Source: Candidatus Latescibacterota bacterium
Lineage (GTDB): Bacteria > Latescibacterota > UBA2968 > UBA8231
Length of the DNA stretch: 64,000 bases
Direction of reading: 5' to 3'
Assembly: GCA_965243025.1 (NCBI GenBank)
Contig: CBDETY010000003.1
Span: 5,888,001 to 5,952,000, forward strand
Shown: one piece after another, positions 9,613 to 18,722 of the stretch
Layout: each line of letters starts with the position of its first letter
How positions within the stretch are numbered: the first letter of the stretch is position 1
Made by a program: the position numbers and the translations under genes
The notes under the pieces: model-generated
What the model was told of the DNA's origin: nothing
The model's database searches: none
What the model saw: the letters and a program-made list of their open reading frames with translations, nothing else

Positions 9613-10854
9613 TCAGGCGCGCAGGACGTCGGCGACGGCGATGCGAGAGATCTGCCGTCCCGGAACCAGGCTGAGGAGCACGGTGGCGGCGAAGACCAGC
9701 AGCCACATCGAAACGAGCAGCTCGGCGGTGACGTCGGCGTAGACCATGGTGTCGAGGGCGAACCCCGAGACGTCGATGTCCTCGCCGTAGAAGCGGGAAA
9801 TGTCGAGGCCCTCGGCCTGCATCCACCAGCCGAGTCCTCCCCCGAGCAGGACCCCGAGGGTGCTGCCGAGGGCGCCGAGCAGCGCGGACTCGACGACCAC
9901 CTGCAGGCGCAGCAGCGAGGCCGACACCCCGAGGGCGAGCTGCATCGCCAGCTCGCGGGTGCGCTCCAGCACCGACATCAGGATGGTGTTGAAGATGGTG
10001 AAAAGACTGAGGAAGACGATGATCCCCTGGAAGACGAGGTTGCTGCCGCGGTCGACGCGGATGTAGTTGGCCAGCTCGGGCATCACCTCCTCCCAGGTGC
10101 GCAGGGCAACCCCGGCGGGAACGAGCTCCCGCGCCGCGGCCATCACCGCCGTGCGCCGCCCGGGATCGGAGAGCAGGACCCCGACCTGGGTGGCGTCCTC
10201 TTCGCCGAGGCCGTAGAGCCTGCGCGCCGATTCCAGCGGGATCTGCACGAGGTAGGCGTCGACCTCGTCGGACCCGACCTCGAAGGTCCCCTTGACCCTG
10301 AACAGCTCCTCGACGATCTCGCCGGAAGCGTCGTTGGTGGCGATGACGAGCTTCTTTCCGGTCCGCAGCTCGAGCCGCCGGGCGAGCTTTTCCCCGAGAA
10401 CGACCTTGCGCCCGTCCCCCTCCTCGAGGTAGGACCCGTCGACGATCCCGCCCGCCAGGGGGGAGGAGGCGGCTTCGAGCGCCGGCTCCACCCCCATGAC
10501 CGACACCCCGACCGCGCCGTGGCCGGACCTGGCGACCCCCTGGCCGAGGACGAGGGCCTTGGTGCCCAGGACGCCGTCGAGTCCCTCGATGCGCTCTCGC
10601 AGGCCGGAGACGCCGCCGACGAAAAGATCGACCGCCGGGGCCTCGCGGTAGTCCGGGTGCTCGAGGGTGAAGTGGCCCCCCTGCATGCGCGTGGCGTCGT
10701 CGATCAGCTGGTTGTAGACGCCGTCGCCGAAGGCGATGAAGAAGACCGCCAGGGCGAGCCCGAAGGCGATGGCGCTGACCGTGATCCAGGTGCGGCGCCG
10801 GTTGCGCCAGATGCTGCGCCACGAAATTCTGAAGATCAGTGCGAGCTTTTCCAT
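9613..10854 (-). CDS. ABC transporter permease, FtsX/LolC-E family
   Basis: ISWRSIWRNRRRTWIT N-terminus, large periplasmic domain, NTILMSVLERTRELA motif. Confidence 0.9.
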   Translation of the reverse strand: MEKLALIFRISWRSIWRNRRRTWITVSAIAFGLALAVFFIAFGDGVYNQLIDDATRMQGGHFTLEHPDYREAPAVDLFVGGVSGLRERIEGLDGVLGTKALVLGQGVARSGHGAVGVSVMGVEPALEAASSPLAGGIVDGSYLEEGDGRKVVLGEKLARRLELRTGKKLVIATNDASGEIVEELFRVKGTFEVGSDEVDAYLVQIPLESARRLYGLGEEDATQVGVLLSDPGRRTAVMAAARELVPAGVALRTWEEVMPELANYIRVDRGSNLVFQGIIVFLSLFTIFNTILMSVLERTRELAMQLALGVSASLLRLQVVVESALLGALGSTLGVLLGGGLGWWMQAEGLDISRFYGEDIDVSGFALDTMVYADVTAELLVSMWLLVFAATVLLSLVPGRQISRIAVADVLRA

Positions 10855-10907
10855 ATCGATGGTTGGTTTCCCGTTGCTGCCGACCCGTCGTGCGGCCCCC
10901 GTTCTCC

Positions 10908-12137
10908 TCACTGGTGGGTCATCGCCGCCACCGGGTCGAGGCGGGCGGCCTTGAGCGCGGGAAACAGCGCCGCGGCGGCGCAGACCGCCGACATGGTGAC
11001 GACCGCGGCCGCCACCCTGGCCGGTTGCAGGGAAAACTGGTAGACCGCGGCGATCGGCATCCCCGACATGGTCAGGGACTCCCCCTGCCAGCGCGTCAGG
11101 TCGAGGCCGCCCGAGGCCTCGAAGTAGAGGCAGACGGCGCTGCCGAGCACCGCCCCGATCAGGGCGGCGGCCCCCGACAGCAGCAGCGCCTCGACGAGGA
11201 CGTCGCCGACGATGCGCCGCGGCCGGGTGCCGAGGGCCTTGAGCATGCCGAACTCCCGAACCCTGTCGTGGGTGGCCATGAACATAGTGTTGAGCACCCC
11301 GAGGCCGGCGGCCAGCAGAAAGATGCCCGAGAGGATCCCCATCGAGGCGCCGGAGACGTTGACCATGTCGGACAGGGTGGGCAGCAGCTGGCGCCAGGTC
11401 TCGGCCACCATGCCCTCCCCATCCTCTTCGGTGCCGTCGTACAGGGCCGCCACCTCCTCCGGGGCCGTGCCGTTGCCGAGCAGGGCGACCTCGTGGACGC
11501 GGCCGCCGGCGACGAACAGGCGGTCGAACTCCTCCCGGTGCACGAGGATGCCGCCGCGGTCGATCTCCTCGCCGACGCTCTGCAGGATGCCGGCGACCCG
11601 GAAGAGATCGTTGCCGAGGGAGCCGTCGGCGGCCTGCACCACGGCGACGATCTCGGAGCCGACGTCGGCCTGCAGACTGCGGGCGAGCCGGCGGCCGATC
11701 ACCACCTCGGACCGCGCCTCCGACGACAGAAAGCGGCCCTGCCGGAGCTTGCCGGCCAGCTCGAAGGTGCTGCTCTCGGCGGCCGGGTCGATGCCCCAGA
11801 AGCTTGCCCCCGCGGACTTGGCGCCGCACGACACCAGGCCGAAGCCGAAGCTGCGGGCGGCGGCTCCGAAGCCGGCTGCCGCCGCCCGGTCGAGCAGGGA
11901 CTGCGGCGCGGGGAGGCTCTTGTAGATCGAGCGGCCGGCCCGGTACCCCGGGGCGTGCAGCTGCACGTCGCCGATATAGGTGTGCCGGGAGCTGCGCACC
12001 ATCTGCGCGATCATGCCGTCCATCATCGCCCAGGTGAAGATGAGCACCGCCGTGTTCAGGGCGACGGCGACAACGGTCACCGCGGTCCGCCGCGGCTTGC
12101 GCATGATGTTGCGCCAGGCAATGGCCAGCGAACGCAT
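10908..12137 (-). CDS. ABC transporter permease, FtsX/LolC-E family
   Basis: AWRNIMRKPRRT, NTMFMATHDRVREFGMLKALG, PALKAARLDPVAAM. Confidence 0.92.
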   Translation of the reverse strand: MRSLAIAWRNIMRKPRRTAVTVVAVALNTAVLIFTWAMMDGMIAQMVRSSRHTYIGDVQLHAPGYRAGRSIYKSLPAPQSLLDRAAAAGFGAAARSFGFGLVSCGAKSAGASFWGIDPAAESSTFELAGKLRQGRFLSSEARSEVVIGRRLARSLQADVGSEIVAVVQAADGSLGNDLFRVAGILQSVGEEIDRGGILVHREEFDRLFVAGGRVHEVALLGNGTAPEEVAALYDGTEEDGEGMVAETWRQLLPTLSDMVNVSGASMGILSGIFLLAAGLGVLNTMFMATHDRVREFGMLKALGTRPRRIVGDVLVEALLLSGAAALIGAVLGSAVCLYFEASGGLDLTRWQGESLTMSGMPIAAVYQFSLQPARVAAAVVTMSAVCAAAALFPALKAARLDPVAAMTHQ

Positions 12138-12141
12138 CCGC

Positions 12142-12894
12142 CTACTCGCGCAGGCTGCGCAGGGAGAAGAGGTCCCCGCCGAAGGGGAGGTCGAACTCGA
12201 TCTCCTCGTAGCGGACCTCGGTGTGCTCCTCCGGCTCGTCCGCCGGGGCGATGCGCATGCGCCGCGGAAGCAGGCGCTCCCCCACCTCGCCGTAGTCGCC
12301 GAAAGTCATGGTCCGGGCCGGCTCCATGTCCTCGTCGAAGTACTCGACGGCAACCGGCATCCAGTCGGCGCTGCGCACGCGGATCACTACCTTGCCCCAG
12401 ACCACCGCGGCATCCGCTTTTGGAATGCAGACGACGGCGACCTCTCCCTCTCCGGGGGCCTCGCCGTACTCGAAGTCGTAGTCCTCGGCCATGCGGCTCT
12501 CCTTGACGAGGTCGTCGTTGGTGAAGTGGCTGCCCATCCAGGAGCCGCCCATCATCGACGAGGGCACCTTGATGACGCGGTCGACCTTGGGCAGGTAGTT
12601 CCACATCTGCCGGCCCGACTTGAGGGTGGCGGTCCCCTTCTCCTTGCGCGGCGACAGGATGCGGAACAGCGACTTCTCCCTGCCCTGGCTCCAGGCCTCG
12701 AGCTTGAGCTCGCGCGTCCAGTGCTCGGTGACCACCGTCATCGCCATGACGGCGCGCGAGGAGTCGCCGCGGTAGAGGTCGTCGAAGCGGTCGAGAATCT
12801 GCCTGGGCGTCGGCTCATCAGAGGCATGGACGGCGACTGGCAGGGCGAGCAGGAGCAGCAACGCTGCCCGGGTGGGATTCATTACGGGAGGCAT
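12142..12894 (-). CDS. Outer-membrane lipoprotein-sorting protein (LolA-like)
   Basis: Signal peptide; P-x-KEKGTATLK...MWNYLPKVDRVIK...SWMGSHFTNDDL motif. The start could be 12894 or 12882. Confidence 0.85.
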   Translation of the reverse strand: MPPVMNPTRAALLLLLALPVAVHASDEPTPRQILDRFDDLYRGDSSRAVMAMTVVTEHWTRELKLEAWSQGREKSLFRILSPRKEKGTATLKSGRQMWNYLPKVDRVIKVPSSMMGGSWMGSHFTNDDLVKESRMAEDYDFEYGEAPGEGEVAVVCIPKADAAVVWGKVVIRVRSADWMPVAVEYFDEDMEPARTMTFGDYGEVGERLLPRRMRIAPADEPEEHTEVRYEEIEFDLPFGGDLFSLRSLRE

Positions 12895-13228
12895 GGTGTG
12901 TGAACCGTTATCGGGACCAATATACGCGGTTGCGAGAGCGCAATCCGGCTTGAGGGTGGGTTTGCTCAAAGCTTGCATCCCGCTTCTGGATTCGGGTAAC
13001 GTAGATTTCCCGGATCCGGTGGCTACTTGCCCCTCCCTGCCCGATGGCTTTGCCAAAAAAACCCGATTCCCGACATGATCTGTCGCAACTCCGTGACAGG
13101 TTCGATTGCAGCCACCTTCAACATCCAAAGGTTCCAGTGAGGCAACCCAAAATGTGCACCCGGAGGAACCATGGTCGCTCCCGACAAACGGAAGTCAGGA
13201 AGCCCGGATTTGGAAAGGGGAATCGACC

Positions 13229-14053
13229 GTGAGCCGGCCGATCTGGGAACTCGACATCCTCCGAAGGCGCCCGACCTTCGTGGCCGCGGCGTTGGGCGGG
13301 GACAGCGCAGTAAGGACCTTCGCGCGCAACGAGCGGGGACGGGACTTCGTCGTCGGCGATATTCACGGGATGTTCTCCGCCCTCGAGGACTTCCTCGAGG
13401 AGCTGTCCTTCGACCCAGGCAGGGACCGGCTGTTCCCGGTAGGCGACCTGATCGACCGCGGCCCGGAATCGGAAGCTGTCCTGCAGTGGCTGACCGGGTG
13501 CGAGTGGTTCCACCCCATCCGCGGCAACCACGACCAGTTCCTTCTCGACGCGGCCGCCGACCCCGCGGGGGAACGGGGCGAGGAGCACGACCTTTGGGTC
13601 AACTACAACGGCGGGACGTGGTGGAACCGGGTGCCCGCTTCGGAGCGGGCTGCCTGCGTGCAGGCGTTCTCCACCCTGCCGTTTGCCGCGGAGGTTGACT
13701 GCGAGACGGGGGCTGTCGGCATCGTCCATGCCGATGTTCCGGAGGACCGCACCTGGGAGGAGTTCCTCTCCGCGCTCCGGGATGGAAACCGCGAGGACAG
13801 CTATTGCGCCATATGGTCCCGCCGCCGCATGGAGCGCTACGTCTACGGCGGTTCCCCCGAAGAGGCTCCCGCGGTAGAGGGGCGGGTGGCGTGCGTAATC
13901 TGCGGGCATGCCCGCGGGATGCGGGCAGAGAGGATCGCAAACCTGTGGATGATCGATACGGGAGCTGCCTACACCTGGGCGATGCCGACCTCCCGCTTCA
14001 CCATCGCCCGGATTCACCCCGGACCGATACGGCTTTTCGAGCATCCGACGTAG
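13229..14053 (+). CDS. Metallophosphoesterase, Ser/Thr protein phosphatase of the lambda/PphA type
   Basis: GDIHG, GDLIDRGP, RGNHD, IVHA, CGH, IDTGA motifs. GTG start follows GGAAAGGGG. Confidence 0.88.
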   Translation: MSRPIWELDILRRRPTFVAAALGGDSAVRTFARNERGRDFVVGDIHGMFSALEDFLEELSFDPGRDRLFPVGDLIDRGPESEAVLQWLTGCEWFHPIRGNHDQFLLDAAADPAGERGEEHDLWVNYNGGTWWNRVPASERAACVQAFSTLPFAAEVDCETGAVGIVHADVPEDRTWEEFLSALRDGNREDSYCAIWSRRRMERYVYGGSPEEAPAVEGRVACVICGHARGMRAERIANLWMIDTGAAYTWAMPTSRFTIARIHPGPIRLFEHPT

Positions 14054-14100
14054 CCGTATCCAAAGGATGAAAGTCTTCTTCCTGATTGGCCTGCATCCCG

Positions 14101-14140
14101 TTGACTGGGGAGCTGTTGGTATATAACATGAGATATATCA
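14101..14140 (+). promoter_or_regulatory. Putative sigma-70 promoter and autoregulatory operator of vapBC
   Basis: TTGACT-17 nt-TAACAT, overlapped by the imperfect inverted repeat GTATATA-ACATGAG-ATATATC. Confidence 0.55.
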
Positions 14141-14204
14141 CTGCCGTCGATGAGTCCGGTTTCGACACCCGGACCACCGAGGCTATTCCATTGGAGTGAA
14201 AGCA

Positions 14205-14447
14205 ATGAGTACGATACCGGATTATCGGGGCATCGCGAAGGTTTTCTGGAGCGGTCGCAGTCAGGCCGTCCGCCTGCCGGCTGATTGCCGGTTCGAAACG
14301 TCGGAAGTCGAGATAATCAAGGTTGGAAACGAGGTTACCCTGCGTCCTCGCGGCAAGAACTGGGGCGCCTGGTTCGATTCCGGCTCGCGCGGCAGTTTGC
14401 CTCCGCGGGATCAGCCCATCCTCGAAGAGCGGGACGGAATTCACTGA
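14205..14447 (+). CDS. vapB: Type II antitoxin VapB (AbrB/MazE fold)
   Basis: AKVFWSGRSQAVRLPADCRF; its stop overlaps the toxin start (TGATG). Confidence 0.9.
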   Translation: MSTIPDYRGIAKVFWSGRSQAVRLPADCRFETSEVEIIKVGNEVTLRPRGKNWGAWFDSGSRGSLPPRDQPILEERDGIH

Positions 14448-14845
14448 TGTACATGCTGGATACCAACATCTGCATCTACGCCATCAACGAGCGCGATGAG
14501 GCCCTGCGCGAACCGTTCGAAGCACACGCGGCGGAGATCTGCATCTCGTCGATCACCTACGCGGAGCTTTGCTACGGCGTTGCCAATTCCGAGCGCGTCG
14601 GGGAGAACAGGCGGGTGTTGGAGGCTTTTTGTCACGATCTGGCGATACTGCAGTTCGGGGTCGATGCCGCCGCGCACTACGGTGAGATTCGCCACGCCCT
14701 CAGGCAGAGTGGGATGCCGATCGGTGCAAACGATCTCTTTATCGCGGCGCATGCCCTGAGTCTGGAGGCGACCCTGGTTACGAACGACCGGGGGGAGTTC
14801 GAACGGGTGCCGAAACTGCGAGTGGAGAACTGGTCCCGGTCGTAA
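14447..14845 (+). CDS. vapC: Type II toxin VapC (PIN ribonuclease)
   Basis: MYMLDTNICIY, ELCYG, IGANDLFIAAHA, LVTND...EF.RV.KL.VENW. Confidence 0.94.
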   Translation: MYMLDTNICIYAINERDEALREPFEAHAAEICISSITYAELCYGVANSERVGENRRVLEAFCHDLAILQFGVDAAAHYGEIRHALRQSGMPIGANDLFIAAHALSLEATLVTNDRGEFERVPKLRVENWSRS

Positions 14846-15072
14846 TCCCGGGGCGATGTCTCCCGAACAATGCTTGCCCGGGTTTCTGACCTGATCCCGT
14901 TGTTGGGTTTATTGGGAGTTCAGTGGATAATTGGGAGTTTGGTTGATTATTGACATTTCAAGGCAACCCCGGCGTGCGGCAACGGCCGGGGGTCGATGGG
15001 ATGTCGTCCTGCAGGAACCGGCCGGGTTGCGGAGCGTCGGCGGCACAGGTATGTTGCTGAACCGGATCTGAA

Positions 15073-15453
15073 ATGAGAATCGCCCGAGCCATAGCGCTGG
15101 CAGCGCTCGTCGCCGCCCTGCCGGCTTCCGGCTTCGCCCTGGAGGGGTACTGCCTCCACTGCGCGCAGGTGGAGGCGGCCCCCGGCTGTCACCCGCAGCA
15201 GGCCGAGGACCGGCCGCAGCTCCGGGCCGACTGCTTCTGCTGCGCCGCCATGGCCTGCGCCGGGGAGACGCAGCCTACCGCCGATCCGGGCCACAGCTAC
15301 CTGCCGGCGGCCAAGGCCCCGGCAGCGGCCCTCGCCGCCAGGGCTCCGGAGCGAACTCCCCGGGCGGCGCCGCCGCCCCCCTCGGGCATCCGGCCCCCGC
15401 TGCATCCCGCAACGGTTCCCCTCTACGTCCTCCACGACGTCTACCTGATCTGA
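15073..15453 (+). CDS. Small Cys/His- and Pro-rich exported protein preceding the metal efflux operon (putative metal-sensing leader)
   Basis: Signal-like N-terminus, CLHC and CFCCAAMAC, Pro-rich tail RAAPPPP..RPP, ending LYVLHDVYLI. Confidence 0.65.
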   Translation: MRIARAIALAALVAALPASGFALEGYCLHCAQVEAAPGCHPQQAEDRPQLRADCFCCAAMACAGETQPTADPGHSYLPAAKAPAAALAARAPERTPRAAPPPPSGIRPPLHPATVPLYVLHDVYLI

Positions 15454-15607
15454 TCCTCCTCCGCTCTCGTCGCGCCGCCGCGGCCGATGCAGAGCGCACA
15501 AACGAAGCGCAGGCCGTTCCCGCCCCCGGCGGCGGGGAGGGTTTTGCGCACCCCGCGCGCACCGGTCTGTCCGTGGCGCGGGCCGTTCCCTTTGCAGGAG
15601 GAGGAAG

Positions 15608-16867
15608 ATGCACCGAAGAACCATCTGCGCCGCGGCGCTGGCGCTGGCCGCGTCCGCCGGCGCCGAACCACCGGAGCTGGAACTCGAGCGGCTCATTGAG
15701 GAAGCCCTGGCCGCGAACCCCGGGCTGAAGGCGCTCGAGCACCGGGCAGCCGCGGCGGAGGCCAGGGTCCCGGCGGCCGGGGCCCTGCAGGACCCGTCGC
15801 TCCGGCTGGAGCTGAGCAACGTCCCTTTCAGTCCCCTCAGCCTCGACGGCTCGCCAATGAGCGGCCGCCAGGTGACCCTGTCCCAGAAGCTCCCCTACCC
15901 GGGCAAGCGCGAGGCCCGGGAACGCGCCGCCTCCCACGCCGCCGAGGGTGCCTCCGCCGCCCGCCGGGAGCGCGAGCTGACCGTCGCCAACATGGTGAAG
16001 CAGGCCTATTTCGACCTCGCCTTCCTCGACCGGGCGATCGCCATCGCCGAGAGGAACCGGGAGCTGCTGAAGGATTTCGTCCGCATCGCCCGGAGCAAGT
16101 ACTCGGTCGCCCGCGGCCCCCAGCAGGACGTGCTCAAGGCGCAGGTGTCGCTGTCGAGCCTGCGCGACCGTCTGCTGATGCTCGAGGGGCAACGGCGGTG
16201 GGCGGGGGCGCAGCTGAACGCGGTGCTGAACCGGCCCCCGGGGGAGCCGGTGGGCAGGACGCCCCCGATCGAGCCGACCCCTCTCGACATCGACGCGGCG
16301 CGTCTGCGCGAGATCGCGCTGGGGGAGCGCCCGCTGCTCAACGGCCTGCGAGCCAGGCGGGACCGCTGGCGCGCAGCAGAGGAGCTGGCGGACCGGGAAC
16401 GCCGACCCGACTTCGTTGTCAGCGCCGCCTGGCGCCAGCGCGGTTTCAGGGAAGACCCGGTGGCGGGAAGCGACTTCTTCTCCGCCGGCGTGATGCTGAA
16501 CCTGCCGGTCTACCAGGGCCGCAGGCAGGACCGGGAGGTCGCCGCGGCGCGGGCCGAGGCCAGGGCGGTCGAGGCGGAGCTCGAGGCGGAAAGCCGCGAG
16601 CTGGCGCTGCAGATCGAGCAGCTGCGGATCGACGCCGAGACCCACCTGCGGGAGATGGAGCTGTTCCGAGGCGCCATCATTCCCCAGGCCGACCAGTCGC
16701 TGGCCGCGGCCATCGCCGGCTACCAGGTCGACGAGGTCGACTTCCTCACCCTGCTCGACAACCAGGTGACCCTGCTGAATTTCGAGATCGACTACTACCG
16801 CCACCTGTCGCAATACGAGAAGACCCTGGCGCGGCTGGAGTCCGTCGTGGGCAGGAGGCTCTTCTGA
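15608..16867 (+). CDS. TolC-family outer-membrane efflux protein (CusC/CzcC-like)
   Basis: Signal peptide, ALAANPGL, SQKLPYPGKR, QDVLKAQV, YQVDEVDFLTLLDNQ; GGAGGAGG RBS. Confidence 0.9.
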   Translation: MHRRTICAAALALAASAGAEPPELELERLIEEALAANPGLKALEHRAAAAEARVPAAGALQDPSLRLELSNVPFSPLSLDGSPMSGRQVTLSQKLPYPGKREARERAASHAAEGASAARRERELTVANMVKQAYFDLAFLDRAIAIAERNRELLKDFVRIARSKYSVARGPQQDVLKAQVSLSSLRDRLLMLEGQRRWAGAQLNAVLNRPPGEPVGRTPPIEPTPLDIDAARLREIALGERPLLNGLRARRDRWRAAEELADRERRPDFVVSAAWRQRGFREDPVAGSDFFSAGVMLNLPVYQGRRQDREVAAARAEARAVEAELEAESRELALQIEQLRIDAETHLREMELFRGAIIPQADQSLAAAIAGYQVDEVDFLTLLDNQVTLLNFEIDYYRHLSQYEKTLARLESVVGRRLF

Positions 16868-17216
16868 TGCCCGCCGGCAGAACATTCGCGAAGGCGCGGC
16901 GATGCATCCTGCCCGCTGCGGCGCTCGCTCCGCGGGGCCCGTTCCGGTCCTTCGCCACGGGAGCCGGGGATCGCTGTAAGCCGGTCAGGGGAATTGCCAG
17001 GGCTTGCCCTGGGCGGGAGCTCCAGGCCGCGCCGGTCCCGCGCCATGGGGATGGACTTTTCAACGGGCTGCCAGGTCATGGGCAACTGCCGGCGCCGTCT
17101 CTGCCTGACCGGCTGGCAGTTCGGCCGGAGGTCGAACTGCAATTCGAAGCGCCGGCGTCCTGGTATCTGCCAGGTCGCACTGTCAGGCGCTGTCGGGCAT
17201 TGAGGGAGGAAAGAAC

Positions 17217-18722
17217 ATGAAGAATACCGGGTGGAAATACGGAATCGCCGTCCTCCTGTCGCTGGCCGCCGGGCTCGGGGTTGGCCTCTGGCTGGGGGGC
17301 GCATTCGAAATGCAGGGGCTCGCCCACCATGAGGAAGCCTCGGTGTACCGCTGTCCCATGCATCCGACCGTCGTCTCCGACGGTCAGAGAAGCTGCCCGA
17401 TCTGCGGCATGGACCTCGTGGCCGACGAGCCTGCCGGGGGGGTCGGCGGCGGACACGCCCACCACGAGGAGGCCGTGCACCGCTGTCCCATGCACCCGAC
17501 CGTGGTCTCCGAGGGTCCGGGAAGCTGCCCGGTCTGCGGCATGGACCTGGTGGCCGACGAGCCGGCCGCAGGCGCATCCGGCGGTGAACGCGCCGTCGCC
17601 TACTGGCGGGCGCCGATGGACCCGTCGTACACCTCCCCGGAGCCGGGGAAGTCGCCGATGGGCATGGACCTGGTGCCGGTGTACGAGGACGAGCTCGAGG
17701 CCGAGGGCACGGTGACCATCGATCCGGCGACGGTGCAGAACATCGGGGTGAAAACAGCGGTGATTGAGCGCCGGCGCCTGCACCGCACCCTGCGCACCGT
17801 CGGCCGGGTCGACTACGACGAGACGCGCATGACCGACGTCAACACCAAGATCGCCGGCTGGGTGGAGAAGCTGTTCGTCGACTACACCGGGCGGATGGTC
17901 GAGAAGGGGGAGCCGCTGCTGCAGATCTACAGCCCGGAGCTGGTGGCGGCCCAGGAGGAGTTCCTGACCGCCGTCGACTACAGCGAGCGCCTGCGCGCCG
18001 GCGCCGACAGCGACGCCCTGGCCGGGGCGCGCGACCTGCTGTCGGCGTCGCTGCAGCGGCTGCGCTACTGGGACATCAGCGACCGCCAGATCGACGAGCT
18101 GCGGGAGACCGGGTCGGTGCGGCGCACCATGACCGTGCACTCGCCGCAGCAGGGGACCGTGGTCCACAAGGCGGTGTTCGACGGCCAGCACATCGCCCGC
18201 GGGCAGCACCTCTACCGCATCGCCGAGCTGTCGCAGGTCTGGGTGTACGCCGACATCTACGAGTACGAGCTGCCGTGGGTGCGGGAGGGGCAGGAGGCCG
18301 CCGTCGAGCTCTCCTACCTGCCGGGGAAGACCTTCACCGGCAAGGTCACCTACGTCTACCCCTTCCTCGAGGCGAAGACGCGCACCGTGAAGGTGCGCAT
18401 GGCCTTCCCCAACCCCGGACTCGAGCTCAAGCCGGAGATGTACGCCAACGTCACCATCCGCTCGCCGCTGCCGGCCGAGAGCGTCGTCGCGGTTCCGGTG
18501 CAGGCGGTGATCCACTCCGGGCCGCGCCGCATCGCCGTCGTCAGCCTCGGCGAGGGCCGCTTCCAGCCGCGCGAGATCCGCGTCGGGGCCGAGGCGGAAG
18601 GCTTCTACGAGGTGCTCGACGGCCTCCGGGAAGGGGAGCGGATCGTCACCTCGGCGCAGTTCCTGATCGACTCCGAGAGCAACCTCAAGGCCGCGGTCCG
18701 GTCCATGCGGGAAGGTGCGTGA
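17217..18722 (+). CDS. cusB: RND periplasmic adaptor, CusB-like, with three N-terminal heavy-metal-binding modules
   Basis: CPMHP...CP(I/V)CGMDLV twice plus YWRAPMDP...KSPMGMDLVP; GWVEKL, YSPELVAAQEE, LKPEMY, SAQFLIDSES. Confidence 0.9.
   Translation: MKNTGWKYGIAVLLSLAAGLGVGLWLGGAFEMQGLAHHEEASVYRCPMHPTVVSDGQRSCPICGMDLVADEPAGGVGGGHAHHEEAVHRCPMHPTVVSEGPGSCPVCGMDLVADEPAAGASGGERAVAYWRAPMDPSYTSPEPGKSPMGMDLVPVYEDELEAEGTVTIDPATVQNIGVKTAVIERRRLHRTLRTVGRVDYDETRMTDVNTKIAGWVEKLFVDYTGRMVEKGEPLLQIYSPELVAAQEEFLTAVDYSERLRAGADSDALAGARDLLSASLQRLRYWDISDRQIDELRETGSVRRTMTVHSPQQGTVVHKAVFDGQHIARGQHLYRIAELSQVWVYADIYEYELPWVREGQEAAVELSYLPGKTFTGKVTYVYPFLEAKTRTVKVRMAFPNPGLELKPEMYANVTIRSPLPAESVVAVPVQAVIHSGPRRIAVVSLGEGRFQPREIRVGAEAEGFYEVLDGLREGERIVTSAQFLIDSESNLKAAVRSMREGA
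17322..17568 (+). repeat. Intragenic tandem duplication (~110 bp) encoding two AHHEE-CPMHP-CPxCGMDL modules
   Basis: GCCCACCA(T/C)GAGGA...CGCTGTCCCATGCA(T/C)CCGACCGT...TGCGGCATGGACCT(C/G)GTGGCCGACGAGCC occurs twice. Confidence 0.85.
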
